Source: Bacteroidales bacterium
GTDB taxonomy: Bacteria > Bacteroidota > Bacteroidia > Bacteroidales > UBA12077
Assembly: GCA_028282585.1 (NCBI GenBank)
Contig: JANQHR010000052.1
Location: forward strand, 1 to 64,000
Length of the DNA: 64,000 bases
Reading direction: 5' to 3'
Part shown: positions 38,579-49,316 of the stretch, in pieces
Layout of the letters: every line of letters starts with the position of its first letter
Position numbering within the stretch: the stretch's first letter is position 1
Notes under the pieces: model-generated
The model's input: only the letters and a program-made list of their open reading frames with translations
What the model was told of the DNA's origin: nothing
The model's database searches: none
Position numbers and translations under genes: made by a program

Positions 38579-39307
38579 TCAATTTGAAGCTATTTTCTTA
38601 AGATCAACTATATAACCTTCTTTGAGTATTGGCAAAGCTTCTGAAAGGTCAAACCGGAAACAGTAAGCTACAATTTCTTTAAATCCAAACCGGATCAATC
38701 TTTTATATTGAAAAAGTTTTTTAATGTATTCCTCCAAATTTTTATTTGCTTCTTTCCATAAATCCAAAGCGGATTGAACCTGATCGGAATTAAATGAGAA
38801 TTTTCTGGAGCTTATTAATTTCTCAGAAAGAGCACCTGCAAAAAGAAAATCTTCTGCACAATAATCTTGCATCCAACCTGAACAGAGAATTAAAACATTT
38901 GTTTTCCGATTAACTAAATAGTTAACAACAGTGCTTAAATTTAGAAACGAGGCTATTATTACTTGATCGGCACTTTTGACTAAATTAATGGTATTTGTAC
39001 CATTTGTTGTACTATATACCAAAGTTTTATCCTTTATTTTATCTGAAGTAAACTCAAATGGAGAATTTCCAAAATCGGCAAAATTAACTTTTTTACCATT
39101 TCTTTCGGCAGCAACTAAAAATCCTTGTTTCTTATAACTCTCAGCTTCCTCAAGTGACTTTACAGGAATTAGTTTTGCTAATCCATTTTCAAATAAAGTA
39201 GTTATTATTGTAGTAGCACGAAGTATATCAACAATAACTATAATTTTATTATCTAGTCTATAATTATCAATAAGTTTTGGAGCTAAGCAGATTTCTACGT
39301 TATTCAT
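38579..39307 (-). CDS. comB: 2-phosphosulfolactate phosphatase family
   Basis: VDILRATT, AERNG, GNSP, STTNGT, ED..FAG. Confidence 0.88.
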   Translation of the reverse strand: MNNVEICLAPKLIDNYRLDNKIIVIVDILRATTIITTLFENGLAKLIPVKSLEEAESYKKQGFLVAAERNGKKVNFADFGNSPFEFTSDKIKDKTLVYSTTNGTNTINLVKSADQVIIASFLNLSTVVNYLVNRKTNVLILCSGWMQDYCAEDFLFAGALSEKLISSRKFSFNSDQVQSALDLWKEANKNLEEYIKKLFQYKRLIRFGFKEIVAYCFRFDLSEALPILKEGYIVDLKKIASN

Positions 39308-39313
39308 AAAGTA

Positions 39314-40012
39314 TCAATATTCAACTTCCTGAGGAACTTCGTTTGCAGCATTAACAAATATTCTAATATCATTTAATCCGATATGTCCCTTATAAATTCC
39401 TTTTTCCTTATTTATTTTATTAATTCTCTTATGTAAATTAACAGGATCAGCCTCAGATGCCTTTTCAACAGTATCAAATCCTAAATCATATAACATCCTG
39501 GCAAAATTTACACCTACCCATTTAATTCTTGATAGATCTGTTAACTTGGTTAGCTCCAATATTTCTTCTTCGCTTATGCCAGTTTCTTCTGAAAGCTCCT
39601 TTCTATTAATTTTTGTGATAATTCTATCGTATAACTTTTGTGTATTTTTAATTCCAATCTCCTCTAATTTTGATACTGTTTCTTCTGAAATATCCGGAAA
39701 CTCATTTATTTTATTTGGTTTAGGTAAAATACTATTTAACTCTCTTAGCAATATTTTTAAGTAATCAACTGATAAACAATCAACTTTTGAAAACTCCTCG
39801 AGCTTTTCTTTTTTCTTAAGAGTTTGGATTAACTCCTTTACGTTAGTGAGACCCATATTCTTAAAATGATCTAATCTTTCGTCCAGTTTTTCCTTAAGAA
39901 TCATTCGACTGGGTGGTAAATATCCTGAGTCCAATTTCTCTTTATACTGATCAATTGTAATTGACTCTAAATCTATGTAATATCCCATAACCTGAATTTT
40001 AAAATTACTCAA
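39314..40012 (-). CDS. DUF4332-like helix-hairpin-helix protein
   Basis: DLSRIKWVG..FARMLYDLG. Confidence 0.7.
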   Translation of the reverse strand: MSNFKIQVMGYYIDLESITIDQYKEKLDSGYLPPSRMILKEKLDERLDHFKNMGLTNVKELIQTLKKKEKLEEFSKVDCLSVDYLKILLRELNSILPKPNKINEFPDISEETVSKLEEIGIKNTQKLYDRIITKINRKELSEETGISEEEILELTKLTDLSRIKWVGVNFARMLYDLGFDTVEKASEADPVNLHKRINKINKEKGIYKGHIGLNDIRIFVNAANEVPQEVEY

Positions 40013-40022
40013 GCAAATCTAC

Positions 40023-40049
40023 AAAAAAACCCTACAGATTTGTAGGGTT
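40023..40049 (-). terminator. Intrinsic terminator
   Basis: AAAAAAACCCTACA-GATT-TGTAGGGTT. Confidence 0.7.
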
Positions 40050-40066
40050 ATATGTGTTTTAATCAA

Positions 40067-41173
40067 TTATTTGCTCTCATGAAAAGGAGGACGAGCAACA
40101 ACAGCTTTAAGTTTTTTGTTACGAACTTCAATAAATATTTCGGTTCCTGCTTTCCAGAATCCTTTATTTAAATAAGCCATTCCAACGCCTTTTTTAATCA
40201 TTGGCGACATGGTGCCCGAAGTTACTTCACCAATCTCATTTCCGTCAGCATCAACGACTTTATAATGCTGTCGTGGAATTCCACGATCTTCCATGATAAA
40301 TCCTTTTAATCGTGGAGAAACACCTTCTTCCTTTTGTTTTTCCCACTTTTCTCGATCGATAAAATCATTTCCCTCAACAAATTTGGTTATCCAACCTAAT
40401 CCCGCCTGAATTGATGAAGTATTATCATCAATATCATTTCCATACAAACAAAATCCGGATTCTAACCTTAAAGTATCACGAGCTCCTAATCCAATTGGTT
40501 TAATTCCAAACTCCTCTCCTGCTTCAAAAACAGCTTTCCACAACTTTTCAGCATCTTCATTTGCAACATATATCTCGCAACCACCAGAACCTGTATAGCC
40601 AGTTGTTGAAAAAATTACCTCCTTAATTCCTGCAAATTCGCACTTTTGGAAAGTATAATATTCCATGTCAACAACATTAGCAGACGTTAATTTTTGCATT
40701 GCTTTTAATGTTAAAGGCCCTTGAATTGCCAACTGAGCAATTTCATCAGATGCATTATAAACTTCTTTACCAATCTCCATTCTCATTTCTTGAGCATTTT
40801 TTGTTACCCATGTCCAATCTTTATCAATATTAGCAGCATTAACAACTAGCAAGTACGTTTCGTCATCAATTTTATAAACCAATAAATCATCTACAATACC
40901 TCCTTTTCCATTAGGAAAACAAGAGTATTGAACTTTTCCATTATATAAATCAGTAACATTGTTCGAGGTGATTTTCTGGACTAAATCAAAAGCTTTAGGG
41001 CCTTTAACCCAAAACTCACCCATATGTGAAACATCAAATACTCCAAGTTTCTCACGAACAGTTACATGTTCGTCATTAATTCCAGAATATTCTATTGGCA
41101 TATTATAACCGGCAAATGGAAGCATTTTTGCTCCCAATTCAATATGAAATTGTGTAAAAGCAGTATTTTTCAT
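40067..41173 (-). CDS. gcvT: Glycine cleavage system aminomethyltransferase
   Basis: [38 protein letters not shown]. Confidence 0.96.
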   Translation of the reverse strand: MKNTAFTQFHIELGAKMLPFAGYNMPIEYSGINDEHVTVREKLGVFDVSHMGEFWVKGPKAFDLVQKITSNNVTDLYNGKVQYSCFPNGKGGIVDDLLVYKIDDETYLLVVNAANIDKDWTWVTKNAQEMRMEIGKEVYNASDEIAQLAIQGPLTLKAMQKLTSANVVDMEYYTFQKCEFAGIKEVIFSTTGYTGSGGCEIYVANEDAEKLWKAVFEAGEEFGIKPIGLGARDTLRLESGFCLYGNDIDDNTSSIQAGLGWITKFVEGNDFIDREKWEKQKEEGVSPRLKGFIMEDRGIPRQHYKVVDADGNEIGEVTSGTMSPMIKKGVGMAYLNKGFWKAGTEIFIEVRNKKLKAVVARPPFHESK

Positions 41174-41314
41174 TATACATTATTTTGAGTTTATTTTATC
41201 GTGGTACAAAGCTATAAAATTTTAGTCATAATTATTATGTTTTTAGTACATAACAAAAGAGATAAAAAAAGGATGATCATAAGACCATCCTCTAAACTAA
41301 TTGTTCATATTTTA

Positions 41315-43417
41315 TTACTTACTTAAAACCTTGAATTCAACTCTTCTGTTCTGTGCCCGGCCTTCTTCAGTATTGTTATCTGCAACAGGCTGATTGAAAG
41401 AGTAACCTTTATATTCTAATCTACCAGCACCAACTCCTTGTTCTATTAAATAATCAACCACACTCTTAGCTCTTGACTCCGATAATTTCTGGTTTGCACG
41501 ATAAGAACCAACATTATCTGTATGACCAGAAATTTCCAGTCGAATTGTCGGATTCTCTTTTAGTAATTTCGCGACACGTTCCAGCTCAGCAGTTGACTCT
41601 TCCTTTATTGTTGCTTTATTGGTTTCGAAAAATATATTGTTCAAAATCATCTTTGCACCAACATCTATCTTATCTAGTTGGAAATTAGCTGTTACTTTGC
41701 TATCAACTACTTGTTTTTGCGATAATGCAGCAATTTCAACAAAAAATAAATAATCTTTTGCAGTTACTTCAATTCCATAATCTTTCTTTTTAGGAATCTT
41801 TATCTGGTAATTACCGGCAGTATCCGTTAGTCCAGTTGCAATTACCTGGCTTTGCTCTAAGTCAATAACTTCTATTTTTGCAAAGTTAATTCCTTCTGCT
41901 GTTTTAGAATCGGTTACTGTACCTGCCATAAACAATGCAGTATCAACTTTAAATTCTGAAGGTTTTTTGTAAAATAAATCTTCGATTGGTTTATGATTCC
42001 ATGCAAGGAATATATCTTCGGTTTTAAGTTTTAACTCTTTTTCTTCACCTAAGAAAATTACTTTATACAGATCTTTTCCACCAAAACCATTATCCCTAAC
42101 CGATGAATAGTAAGCTTGCTTATTGCTTTCCTCCATTTTAAAGAAAATATCATCGTTTGGAGTATTAATAGGATAACCAAGATTTTCGGGATTGGACCAC
42201 ATTCCATTTTCATTTCTTTCTATAACAAATACATCAAATCCTCCCATTGAGTTATGGCCTTGAGAACTGAAATATAATTTATCTTCTTTTGGATGCCAAT
42301 ACACGCCTTCCTCATCATAAATGGTATTTACAGCTGCACCCATATTCATTGGTTCTGTCCATTTACTTTTTTCATCCAGCTTACTATAGAAAATATCCAT
42401 CCCCCCAATTGTTCCTGGCCTGTTCGAAACAAAGAATAATTCGCTTCCATCATTATTAAACGCAATAGTGGTTTCCTTGTATTTTGATAAAATTTTATTC
42501 GATATTCCTTTAGGAGATTTCCAGTTACCATTTTTTAATTCACTTACTAAAATATCACCTCCGTTCTCATCGCCATTGTATAAGTATATTTTAGTTCCAT
42601 CCGAAGAAATTGTTAAAACTGACTCATTTCCCTTTGAATCTAATTTATTCTCCAATAATTTAGGTTTCCTCCACAATTCACCTGCTTGCTCTGATGTAAA
42701 TACATTTTCTAAAAATTTGTTATCACCTTCGTATCTTCTATCTTTTCCTTCTGTCTCCCGTCTTGAAGTAAAATACATGATATCCTCTTTTGGATGAAGA
42801 ACAGGATTATAATCATCATATTCAGAATTAACTCTTTCACTTAAGTTATTAATTATGACCCTAACAGGATTATTTACCAACTCTTGTCCATACTTACATT
42901 GTTTAATATAATTATCGACTCCAATATCAAATTTCTCAAGCTCCTTTACCGAGAAAGAACTATAATAAGCCTTATATTGTTCTATTGCGTTTTCAAAATC
43001 CAGATTAAAATGATAAGCTCTAGCCAGCATATAGTGTATATCCCTGGCAATATTATTATCTTTTAAATATGCTTTTTCAAGATATTCAGCAGCATAATAA
43101 AATTTATCAGAAGCCAAATAACAAACTCCAATTTTGTAATTCAGGCTTGCACAATCAGAATTATACTTATAGGCCTTCAGGTAATGTTCCAAAGCTTGAG
43201 GAAAGGTTCCAAGCCCCTCGCTATATAACTTTTCACCTTTTTTAACATGTTTCCATGCTTCATTAAATCCCACTTCTTTAATTTCAATTTGAAAATCGGA
43301 TTTTTTAATTTTAATGTCTTCCTGTGCACTTAAAGTTGCAGTAAATGCTGAAAAAATAAATAACGATAATATGGTTGTTTTAATAATTTTCATTTCAAAT
43401 GATTTTAAGTTATTCAC
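41315..43417 (-). CDS. TPR + PD40 + OmpA-like domain protein (PorE-like architecture)
   Basis: TPRs, FSSQGHNSMGGFD PD40 repeats, C-terminal ISGHTDNVG...NRRVEF. Confidence 0.9.
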   Translation of the reverse strand: MNNLKSFEMKIIKTTILSLFIFSAFTATLSAQEDIKIKKSDFQIEIKEVGFNEAWKHVKKGEKLYSEGLGTFPQALEHYLKAYKYNSDCASLNYKIGVCYLASDKFYYAAEYLEKAYLKDNNIARDIHYMLARAYHFNLDFENAIEQYKAYYSSFSVKELEKFDIGVDNYIKQCKYGQELVNNPVRVIINNLSERVNSEYDDYNPVLHPKEDIMYFTSRRETEGKDRRYEGDNKFLENVFTSEQAGELWRKPKLLENKLDSKGNESVLTISSDGTKIYLYNGDENGGDILVSELKNGNWKSPKGISNKILSKYKETTIAFNNDGSELFFVSNRPGTIGGMDIFYSKLDEKSKWTEPMNMGAAVNTIYDEEGVYWHPKEDKLYFSSQGHNSMGGFDVFVIERNENGMWSNPENLGYPINTPNDDIFFKMEESNKQAYYSSVRDNGFGGKDLYKVIFLGEEKELKLKTEDIFLAWNHKPIEDLFYKKPSEFKVDTALFMAGTVTDSKTAEGINFAKIEVIDLEQSQVIATGLTDTAGNYQIKIPKKKDYGIEVTAKDYLFFVEIAALSQKQVVDSKVTANFQLDKIDVGAKMILNNIFFETNKATIKEESTAELERVAKLLKENPTIRLEISGHTDNVGSYRANQKLSESRAKSVVDYLIEQGVGAGRLEYKGYSFNQPVADNNTEEGRAQNRRVEFKVLSK

Positions 43418-44456
43418 ATTCTGTTATATATTTTTCAGCTTCTTCTATCCCGAGTTCTCTGGCCATTTTCCAATCTGCACAAGCTGCTGGAAATTTTCCT
43501 AAAAACTCTCTGGCGTATCCCCTGTTCATATATGCTTCTGCATACTCAGGGTCTATTCCAATGGCCTTATCCAGATCCTGTTCAGCTCCCAGATAATTTT
43601 CCATTTTTATTTTTGTAATTCCAGAGTTGTTATATGCTGGTGCATATTCTTTATTCAATTCAATTGCTTTTTGAAAATCACGCAAAGCAGCATCATAATT
43701 ACTCATCTGATAATATGCATTTCCTCGATTATTAAACGCTAAATAATATTCCGGATCTTTTTTTACTGCTTTTGTAAAATCGTCTATCGCACCTTGAAAA
43801 TCGCCTGTTTTGATTTTACAACTAGCTCTGTTATCATATGCAACAACTATAGTTGAATCATAAGCCAAGGCTTGCTTATAATCATGAATAGCTCCATGAT
43901 GGTCGCCTAACATTCTCTTTGCGCTTGCTCTTTCGTTATAGGCATATGCAAAATCATAATTTTTATCGATTGCGAGAGTAAAATCAATCAAAGCACTGTT
44001 ATAGTCTAATAATTCAAAATTCATTAATCCCCGGTAATAATATGCTTCTGACTCCGTAAATCCTTTTTGTATGGAATGTGTAAAATCAGTTAAGGCATTT
44101 TGATAATCCTTCATCAGAAGTTTCATATATCCTCTAACATAAAAAGCTTCACCCAAATTCTGATTTAATTCAATCGCTTTTGCCACATCGTTCATTGCCA
44201 AATCAAATTCTTGATTTAAGATTTTAATCTTAGCCCTTTCAAGGTAAGGATTTGCAAATTCAGGATAAATAAATAAAGCTTCATCAAACTTTAAATGTGC
44301 CTTAGTGTAGTCGCCTTCCTTGGCAAATCGAACACCTTCATTAAAAAGCAATTTTGCGTTTTTTTGAAGTTCCTTTAACTCCTCTTCAATAGAATTTTGT
44401 GAAAAAGAACTAAAAACAAGCAAAATAGCAAATAAGGTAACGGATAATTTCTTCAT
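43410..44456 (-). CDS. Tetratricopeptide repeat protein
   Basis: Signal peptide; many AY.NRG..A..DF.KAI repeats. Confidence 0.9.
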   Translation of the reverse strand: MKKLSVTLFAILLVFSSFSQNSIEEELKELQKNAKLLFNEGVRFAKEGDYTKAHLKFDEALFIYPEFANPYLERAKIKILNQEFDLAMNDVAKAIELNQNLGEAFYVRGYMKLLMKDYQNALTDFTHSIQKGFTESEAYYYRGLMNFELLDYNSALIDFTLAIDKNYDFAYAYNERASAKRMLGDHHGAIHDYKQALAYDSTIVVAYDNRASCKIKTGDFQGAIDDFTKAVKKDPEYYLAFNNRGNAYYQMSNYDAALRDFQKAIELNKEYAPAYNNSGITKIKMENYLGAEQDLDKAIGIDPEYAEAYMNRGYAREFLGKFPAACADWKMARELGIEEAEKYITECE

Positions 44457-44637
44457 TCTTTTATAAATTGATTTTCGGTATACTCTGCTTATACTCCAAA
44501 TTGACTTAAATTGTTTAATTATAAGAAAAGTATTGTAAAAATAAAAATTTATACAGGGTTAACTAAAAACTATATCGCTTAATTTTCAATTTTCATAAAA
44601 GTTTATTTTATTGCATTAAATTAGGATTTGTTTAAAT

Positions 44638-44991
44638 ATGGAATCAAAAAAATTAGTCGACTTAACATACCTATACGAAATAAGCGATGGAAGTGATAAT
44701 TTAATTAATGACTTATTTGAAATGTTTTTTAAACAAATTCCGGAATATCAAGATTTACTTATCGGTTTTTATGAGAAAAGGGATTTCTACAACTTAGGTA
44801 GAATAGCGCACAAAGCAAAATCTGCAATCCTAATGCTAGGACTAAAAGACCTTGCTAATGAGCTAAAAAAATTAGAAGAAAATGCAAAAGAGGGGAAAAA
44901 TTTTAATGAATATCAGGAAATAATTGCTAAATTTGTAAGAGATAGTAATATTGCACTAGAAGAACTAAAGGAAATAAAGAATAATAAATAA
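44638..44991 (+). CDS. Stand-alone Hpt domain protein
   Basis: AHKAKSA..MLG phospho-His motif. Confidence 0.88.
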   Translation: MESKKLVDLTYLYEISDGSDNLINDLFEMFFKQIPEYQDLLIGFYEKRDFYNLGRIAHKAKSAILMLGLKDLANELKKLEENAKEGKNFNEYQEIIAKFVRDSNIALEELKEIKNNK

Positions 44992-45017
44992 ATATATTAA
45001 CTTTAAAACCGGAATAT

Positions 45018-45356
45018 ATGTTAATACACGAATCGAACAACGGAATTGAGATATTAAAGTTTGATAATGTAAGTAAATTAAATATCTTAATTGCTCAGTC
45101 TTTAAAAGAAGAGGTTGCTCAATATTTAACAAAGGCAAATACAAAACTTGTTCTTGACCTAGCGGGTATTGAATATGTTGACAGTTCTGGTTTTGGCGCT
45201 TTGTTATCCATTTTAAGAAATGCAAAAAATAACGATAGTCAGTTTAAAATTTGCAGTATTTCTCCCGACGTTATGGAATTAGTTAAATTACTTCAATTGC
45301 ATAATGTATTTGATATTTGTGATAATGTGGAAAAGTGCATGAAATCATTTGAATAA
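45018..45356 (+). CDS. STAS domain anti-sigma factor antagonist
   Basis: LDLAGIEYVDSSGFGAL. Confidence 0.92.
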   Translation: MLIHESNNGIEILKFDNVSKLNILIAQSLKEEVAQYLTKANTKLVLDLAGIEYVDSSGFGALLSILRNAKNNDSQFKICSISPDVMELVKLLQLHNVFDICDNVEKCMKSFE

Positions 45357-45361
45357 AATAT

Positions 45362-45385
45362 AAAACCGGCATTTGCCGGTTTTTT
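45362..45385 (+). terminator. Intrinsic terminator
   Basis: AAAACCGGCA-TT-TGCCGGTTTTTT. Confidence 0.8.
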
Positions 45386-45518
45386 GTTTATATACTCTTG
45401 TCCTTTTTAATTCTCTTTTTATCTTTCATTTAAATCTGGTTATTTTTGATTCTTAGGCTATTTTAAACGTTGTCTTAGCTAAAAATTAAGTAGCTTTAAA
45501 CGATTAAATGACTCCAAT

Positions 45519-46316
45519 ATGAACTACTTTCAACTAAAAATGGAAATTACAAATGAAGCTGATGGTATATATACTTTGCTAATTTCTGATAAATGTTCTG
45601 AAAGTAGAATAAAATTCTCACCTAAAACAAAAGACATTCAATACCTTGATAATTTGAAACTTACACAATTTATTAAATTAAGAGAGTTCCAACTAAGAAA
45701 ACTCTTACATAACAAAAAGCATGATTCGTTTTTCATTGGATTTAAGTTGAAATTTGTTTTACACGATGGTTTACCTGATACTAATTATTATGATAAAACT
45801 AAAATTACTATACTAAATAATCTGGGAAATAAATTTATTGTAAAGAAAACAGATAAAAAAACTCAAAACATTCCAGAACTATACACAGACGGATCATTTA
45901 ATCATCAGACTAAACTAGGTGGATATGCAATTTTAATAAAGTCAGTTGAAAATAAATATCATTTAAACCAGGTAAAAATAAAAAATAAGGATAATAACTT
46001 AGTTGAACTTTTAGCAGTAATCGAAGGCTTAAAATATTTAATAGATGAAATTAAAGTAAGGGTTATTACTGATAGTCAATACGTAATAAAAGGTATTACT
46101 GAATGGCTGCCTTTATGGAAAATAAATGATTTTTATACAGCCAATGGAACAAAAGCAAAAAATATAAGTGAATGGAAAGAAATAGATCAACTGATACAAA
46201 GTAAATATTTGGAATTTGAATGGGTAAAATCACATTCTGACCATTTTGAAAACACAATTTGTGATATGAAAGCCAAATCAACACATAAAACTAAAACAGA
46301 TGAAAAAAATCAATAA
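45519..46316 (+). CDS. Ribonuclease HI with an N-terminal extension
   Basis: YTDGS, VELLAV, TDSQYV, WVKSHS, ENTICD catalytic residues. Confidence 0.88.
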   Translation: MNYFQLKMEITNEADGIYTLLISDKCSESRIKFSPKTKDIQYLDNLKLTQFIKLREFQLRKLLHNKKHDSFFIGFKLKFVLHDGLPDTNYYDKTKITILNNLGNKFIVKKTDKKTQNIPELYTDGSFNHQTKLGGYAILIKSVENKYHLNQVKIKNKDNNLVELLAVIEGLKYLIDEIKVRVITDSQYVIKGITEWLPLWKINDFYTANGTKAKNISEWKEIDQLIQSKYLEFEWVKSHSDHFENTICDMKAKSTHKTKTDEKNQ

Positions 46317-46869
46317 AAAACCAACTCCTTTAATCTACCCTGTTCCTGCAGCCATGGTAAGCTGTGGGTCAAATCCTGAAGAATATAATATAATAACTAT
46401 CGCTTGGACCGGAACCGTAAATTCAATTCCGCCAATGTGTTACGTTTCCATAAGAAAAGACAGATATTCGCATTCAATAATTGAAAAAAATCGGGAATTC
46501 GTAATAAATTACTCTACCAAGAATCTGGTAAGAGCAGCTGATTTTTGTGGAAGAATGTCAGGAAGAGATTTTGATAAATTCAAGGAAATGAATCTAACGC
46601 CTAAAAAAGGTGAGATTGTATCAGTTCCAATTATTGAAGAATCTCCCGTTAATATAGAATGTAAAGTTACAGAAATTAAAGAATTGGGATCACATGACAT
46701 GTTTTTGGCAGAAGTTGTAAATATTCAGGTTTCAGAAGATTACATTGATAGTTCAAATGGCACAGTGAGTATGCGACATAAAGAATTAATGGCCTATTCG
46801 CACGGTAAATATGTTCAATTAGGCGAGATTTTAGAACAGGCTGGATTCTCAATTAAAAAGAATAAATAA
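46300..46869 (+). CDS. Flavin reductase family protein (flavoredoxin-like)
   Basis: YPVPA, TIAWTG, SGRDFDKF, LGSHDMF. Confidence 0.9.
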   Translation: MKKINKKPTPLIYPVPAAMVSCGSNPEEYNIITIAWTGTVNSIPPMCYVSIRKDRYSHSIIEKNREFVINYSTKNLVRAADFCGRMSGRDFDKFKEMNLTPKKGEIVSVPIIEESPVNIECKVTEIKELGSHDMFLAEVVNIQVSEDYIDSSNGTVSMRHKELMAYSHGKYVQLGEILEQAGFSIKKNK

Positions 46870-46913
46870 ATCTGCTATTTTTGTTATACTTTTAAAAACC
46901 GGACTTTAATTTA

Positions 46914-49268
46914 ATGAGACAAAAGATATTTTTATTTGTTTCTTTATTCATTATTCATACAATTTCTGTGTATACTCAGGAAAATATGAATCAAACACTT
47001 CGAGGTATTGTTGTTGATCAAGAAACCCAAATACCTCTCTCAGGAGTCAATATTGTATTAACTGAATCAGATCCACAACAGGGAACAATAAGTAATGAAA
47101 ACGGTTATTTCCGTTTTGAAAATGTTAATATTGGAAGACACACTATACAGGCTAGTTACATTGGCTACAAAACTCAAATTATAGATAACCTAACAGTTAG
47201 TTCTGCAAAAGAAAAAATTGTTAAAATTGAATTGGAAGAATCTGTAACGAAACTTGATGAGGTAGTTATAAAAGCTTCGATACAAAAAGACAAGCCAATG
47301 AATAAAATGGCCATTACTAGCGCCCGCTCTTTTACAATTGATGAAACGAACCGATATCCGGGCAGTTACGGTGATCCAGCTAGAATGGCCGCTAATTATG
47401 CAGGAGTAATGTCTGTGCGTGATAACAGAAATGATATCATTATTCGTGGAAATTCGTCCACAGGTTTGTTATGGAGGTTAGATGGAGTTGAAATTCCTAA
47501 TCCAAACCATTTTGCAGCTTCAGGTACAACCGGCGGACCAATTACAATTCTGAATAATAACCTATTAACCAATTCCGATTTTATGACCGGGGCATTTCCT
47601 GCCGAATATGGAAACGCACTGGCCGGTGTTTTCGATTTAAAAATGCGAAACGGCAATAATGAAAAACGGGAACATTGGATGGAATTTGGTTATAATGGTT
47701 TGGAATTTGGAACTGAAGGACCTATTTCGAAAAAATCAAACTCTTCTTATTTAATTACCTATAGATACTCTTTAGTTGATATTATTGATCTTTTAGGTGC
47801 CGAAGTTGAAACAACCAAATACCAGGATTTAACATTTAAGTTGAACTTTCCAATGAAAAAAGGTCGTTTGAGCTTTATTGGAATGGGAGGAACCAGCTAT
47901 ATTGAAATGTTTGATTCAAACGATGCGCAAGAAGACTGGTCATTTGAAAGTTGGGGAGAAGATTTAAGTAATGGATCAAATATAGGGTCTCTTGCACTTT
48001 CTTATGTTCATTTTTTTGGAACAAAAACAAGATTGCAAAACGCTTTATCTTTGTATGGATCTGAAGTTACAACTCAAATTGATACTTTTTATAATGATCC
48101 AAACTTGATTGGAAACTGGGCAGGTGAGGAATCTTCCGAAGTAAAGGCAAGTTTTACATCGAGCCTAAATACCAAAATTAACAACAAAAATACTTTTAAT
48201 TCTGGTATAAAATTCGACCGATACTTTGTTAATTTTGCAGATAGTAGCATTGATAATGGATTGTTTATTGTTAATACCGAAGTTAAAAATGAACAATTTA
48301 ATCTATATCAGGCTTATGCTCAATTCAAACACAAATTTACAAATTACATTGATTTATATGCCGGTGTTAACTTTCAGTACCTGGATTTAAACAATTCATA
48401 TTCGATTGAGCCAAGGCTTGGTTTCAATTGGGTAATTAATCCCCGAAACTCCTTTAAATTGGGTTATGGTTTACATAGCCAAACACAACTAAGGGTAATT
48501 TATTTCACCCAAACCCAATTACCTGATGGTTCTTATACTTATTCGAACAAAAACCTTGATTTTACGAAAAGCCATCAATTTGTAATGGGTTATGACCATT
48601 CCTTCAGTGATAATCTAAGGCTTAAACTTGAAACATATTTGCAATATTTGTATGATGTGCCAGTAAAAGAAAGCCAGCCGGAATACTCAGTTTTAAACTT
48701 TGGGGCAGAATATTTTATTGAACGTGTAGATAGTTTAGTCAATGAGGGAACAGGAAAGAATTATGGAATAGAGTTAACCTTAGAGCGATTTCTAAATAAT
48801 AATTTTTACTTTTTAATTACAGGATCACTATATGAATCAACTTACAAAGGTTATGATGGTGTAAGAAGAAATACAGCATTTAATGGTAACTTTGCCATCA
48901 ATGTTTTAGGAGGCTATGAAATTCCGTTAAAAAGATATAATGCGTTTATAATTGGATTAAGAACAACTTATGCAGGCGGAAGGCCGTATGTTCCATATGA
49001 TGTGCAAGAAACTGTTGTTCAAAAGAAAGAAGTTCTTGATTGGGATAATGCATATGAAATTCAACAAGATGATTACTTCAGAATTAATTTACGATTAGGT
49101 ATTAAGCGAAATAAGCCAAAATTTAATGTTGAAATATCAATGGATTTGCAGTACAGGACAAACTATACAAGTGTTTATGAACATCGAATTGATCCATTGA
49201 CAGGTGAAGTATACCATAACTATGAAATGGCATTATACCCCATGGCGAATTATAGAATTCAATTTTAA
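46914..49268 (+). CDS. TonB-dependent receptor
   Basis: CarboxypepD-like N-domain, plug NDIIIRG...PNPNHF, terminal YRIQF. Confidence 0.92.
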   Translation: MRQKIFLFVSLFIIHTISVYTQENMNQTLRGIVVDQETQIPLSGVNIVLTESDPQQGTISNENGYFRFENVNIGRHTIQASYIGYKTQIIDNLTVSSAKEKIVKIELEESVTKLDEVVIKASIQKDKPMNKMAITSARSFTIDETNRYPGSYGDPARMAANYAGVMSVRDNRNDIIIRGNSSTGLLWRLDGVEIPNPNHFAASGTTGGPITILNNNLLTNSDFMTGAFPAEYGNALAGVFDLKMRNGNNEKREHWMEFGYNGLEFGTEGPISKKSNSSYLITYRYSLVDIIDLLGAEVETTKYQDLTFKLNFPMKKGRLSFIGMGGTSYIEMFDSNDAQEDWSFESWGEDLSNGSNIGSLALSYVHFFGTKTRLQNALSLYGSEVTTQIDTFYNDPNLIGNWAGEESSEVKASFTSSLNTKINNKNTFNSGIKFDRYFVNFADSSIDNGLFIVNTEVKNEQFNLYQAYAQFKHKFTNYIDLYAGVNFQYLDLNNSYSIEPRLGFNWVINPRNSFKLGYGLHSQTQLRVIYFTQTQLPDGSYTYSNKNLDFTKSHQFVMGYDHSFSDNLRLKLETYLQYLYDVPVKESQPEYSVLNFGAEYFIERVDSLVNEGTGKNYGIELTLERFLNNNFYFLITGSLYESTYKGYDGVRRNTAFNGNFAINVLGGYEIPLKRYNAFIIGLRTTYAGGRPYVPYDVQETVVQKKEVLDWDNAYEIQQDDYFRINLRLGIKRNKPKFNVEISMDLQYRTNYTSVYEHRIDPLTGEVYHNYEMALYPMANYRIQF

Positions 49269-49316
49269 CAAAAAAAGGATTGTTTTGTTATCTTCGCAGG
49301 TATCCAAACATAGATA

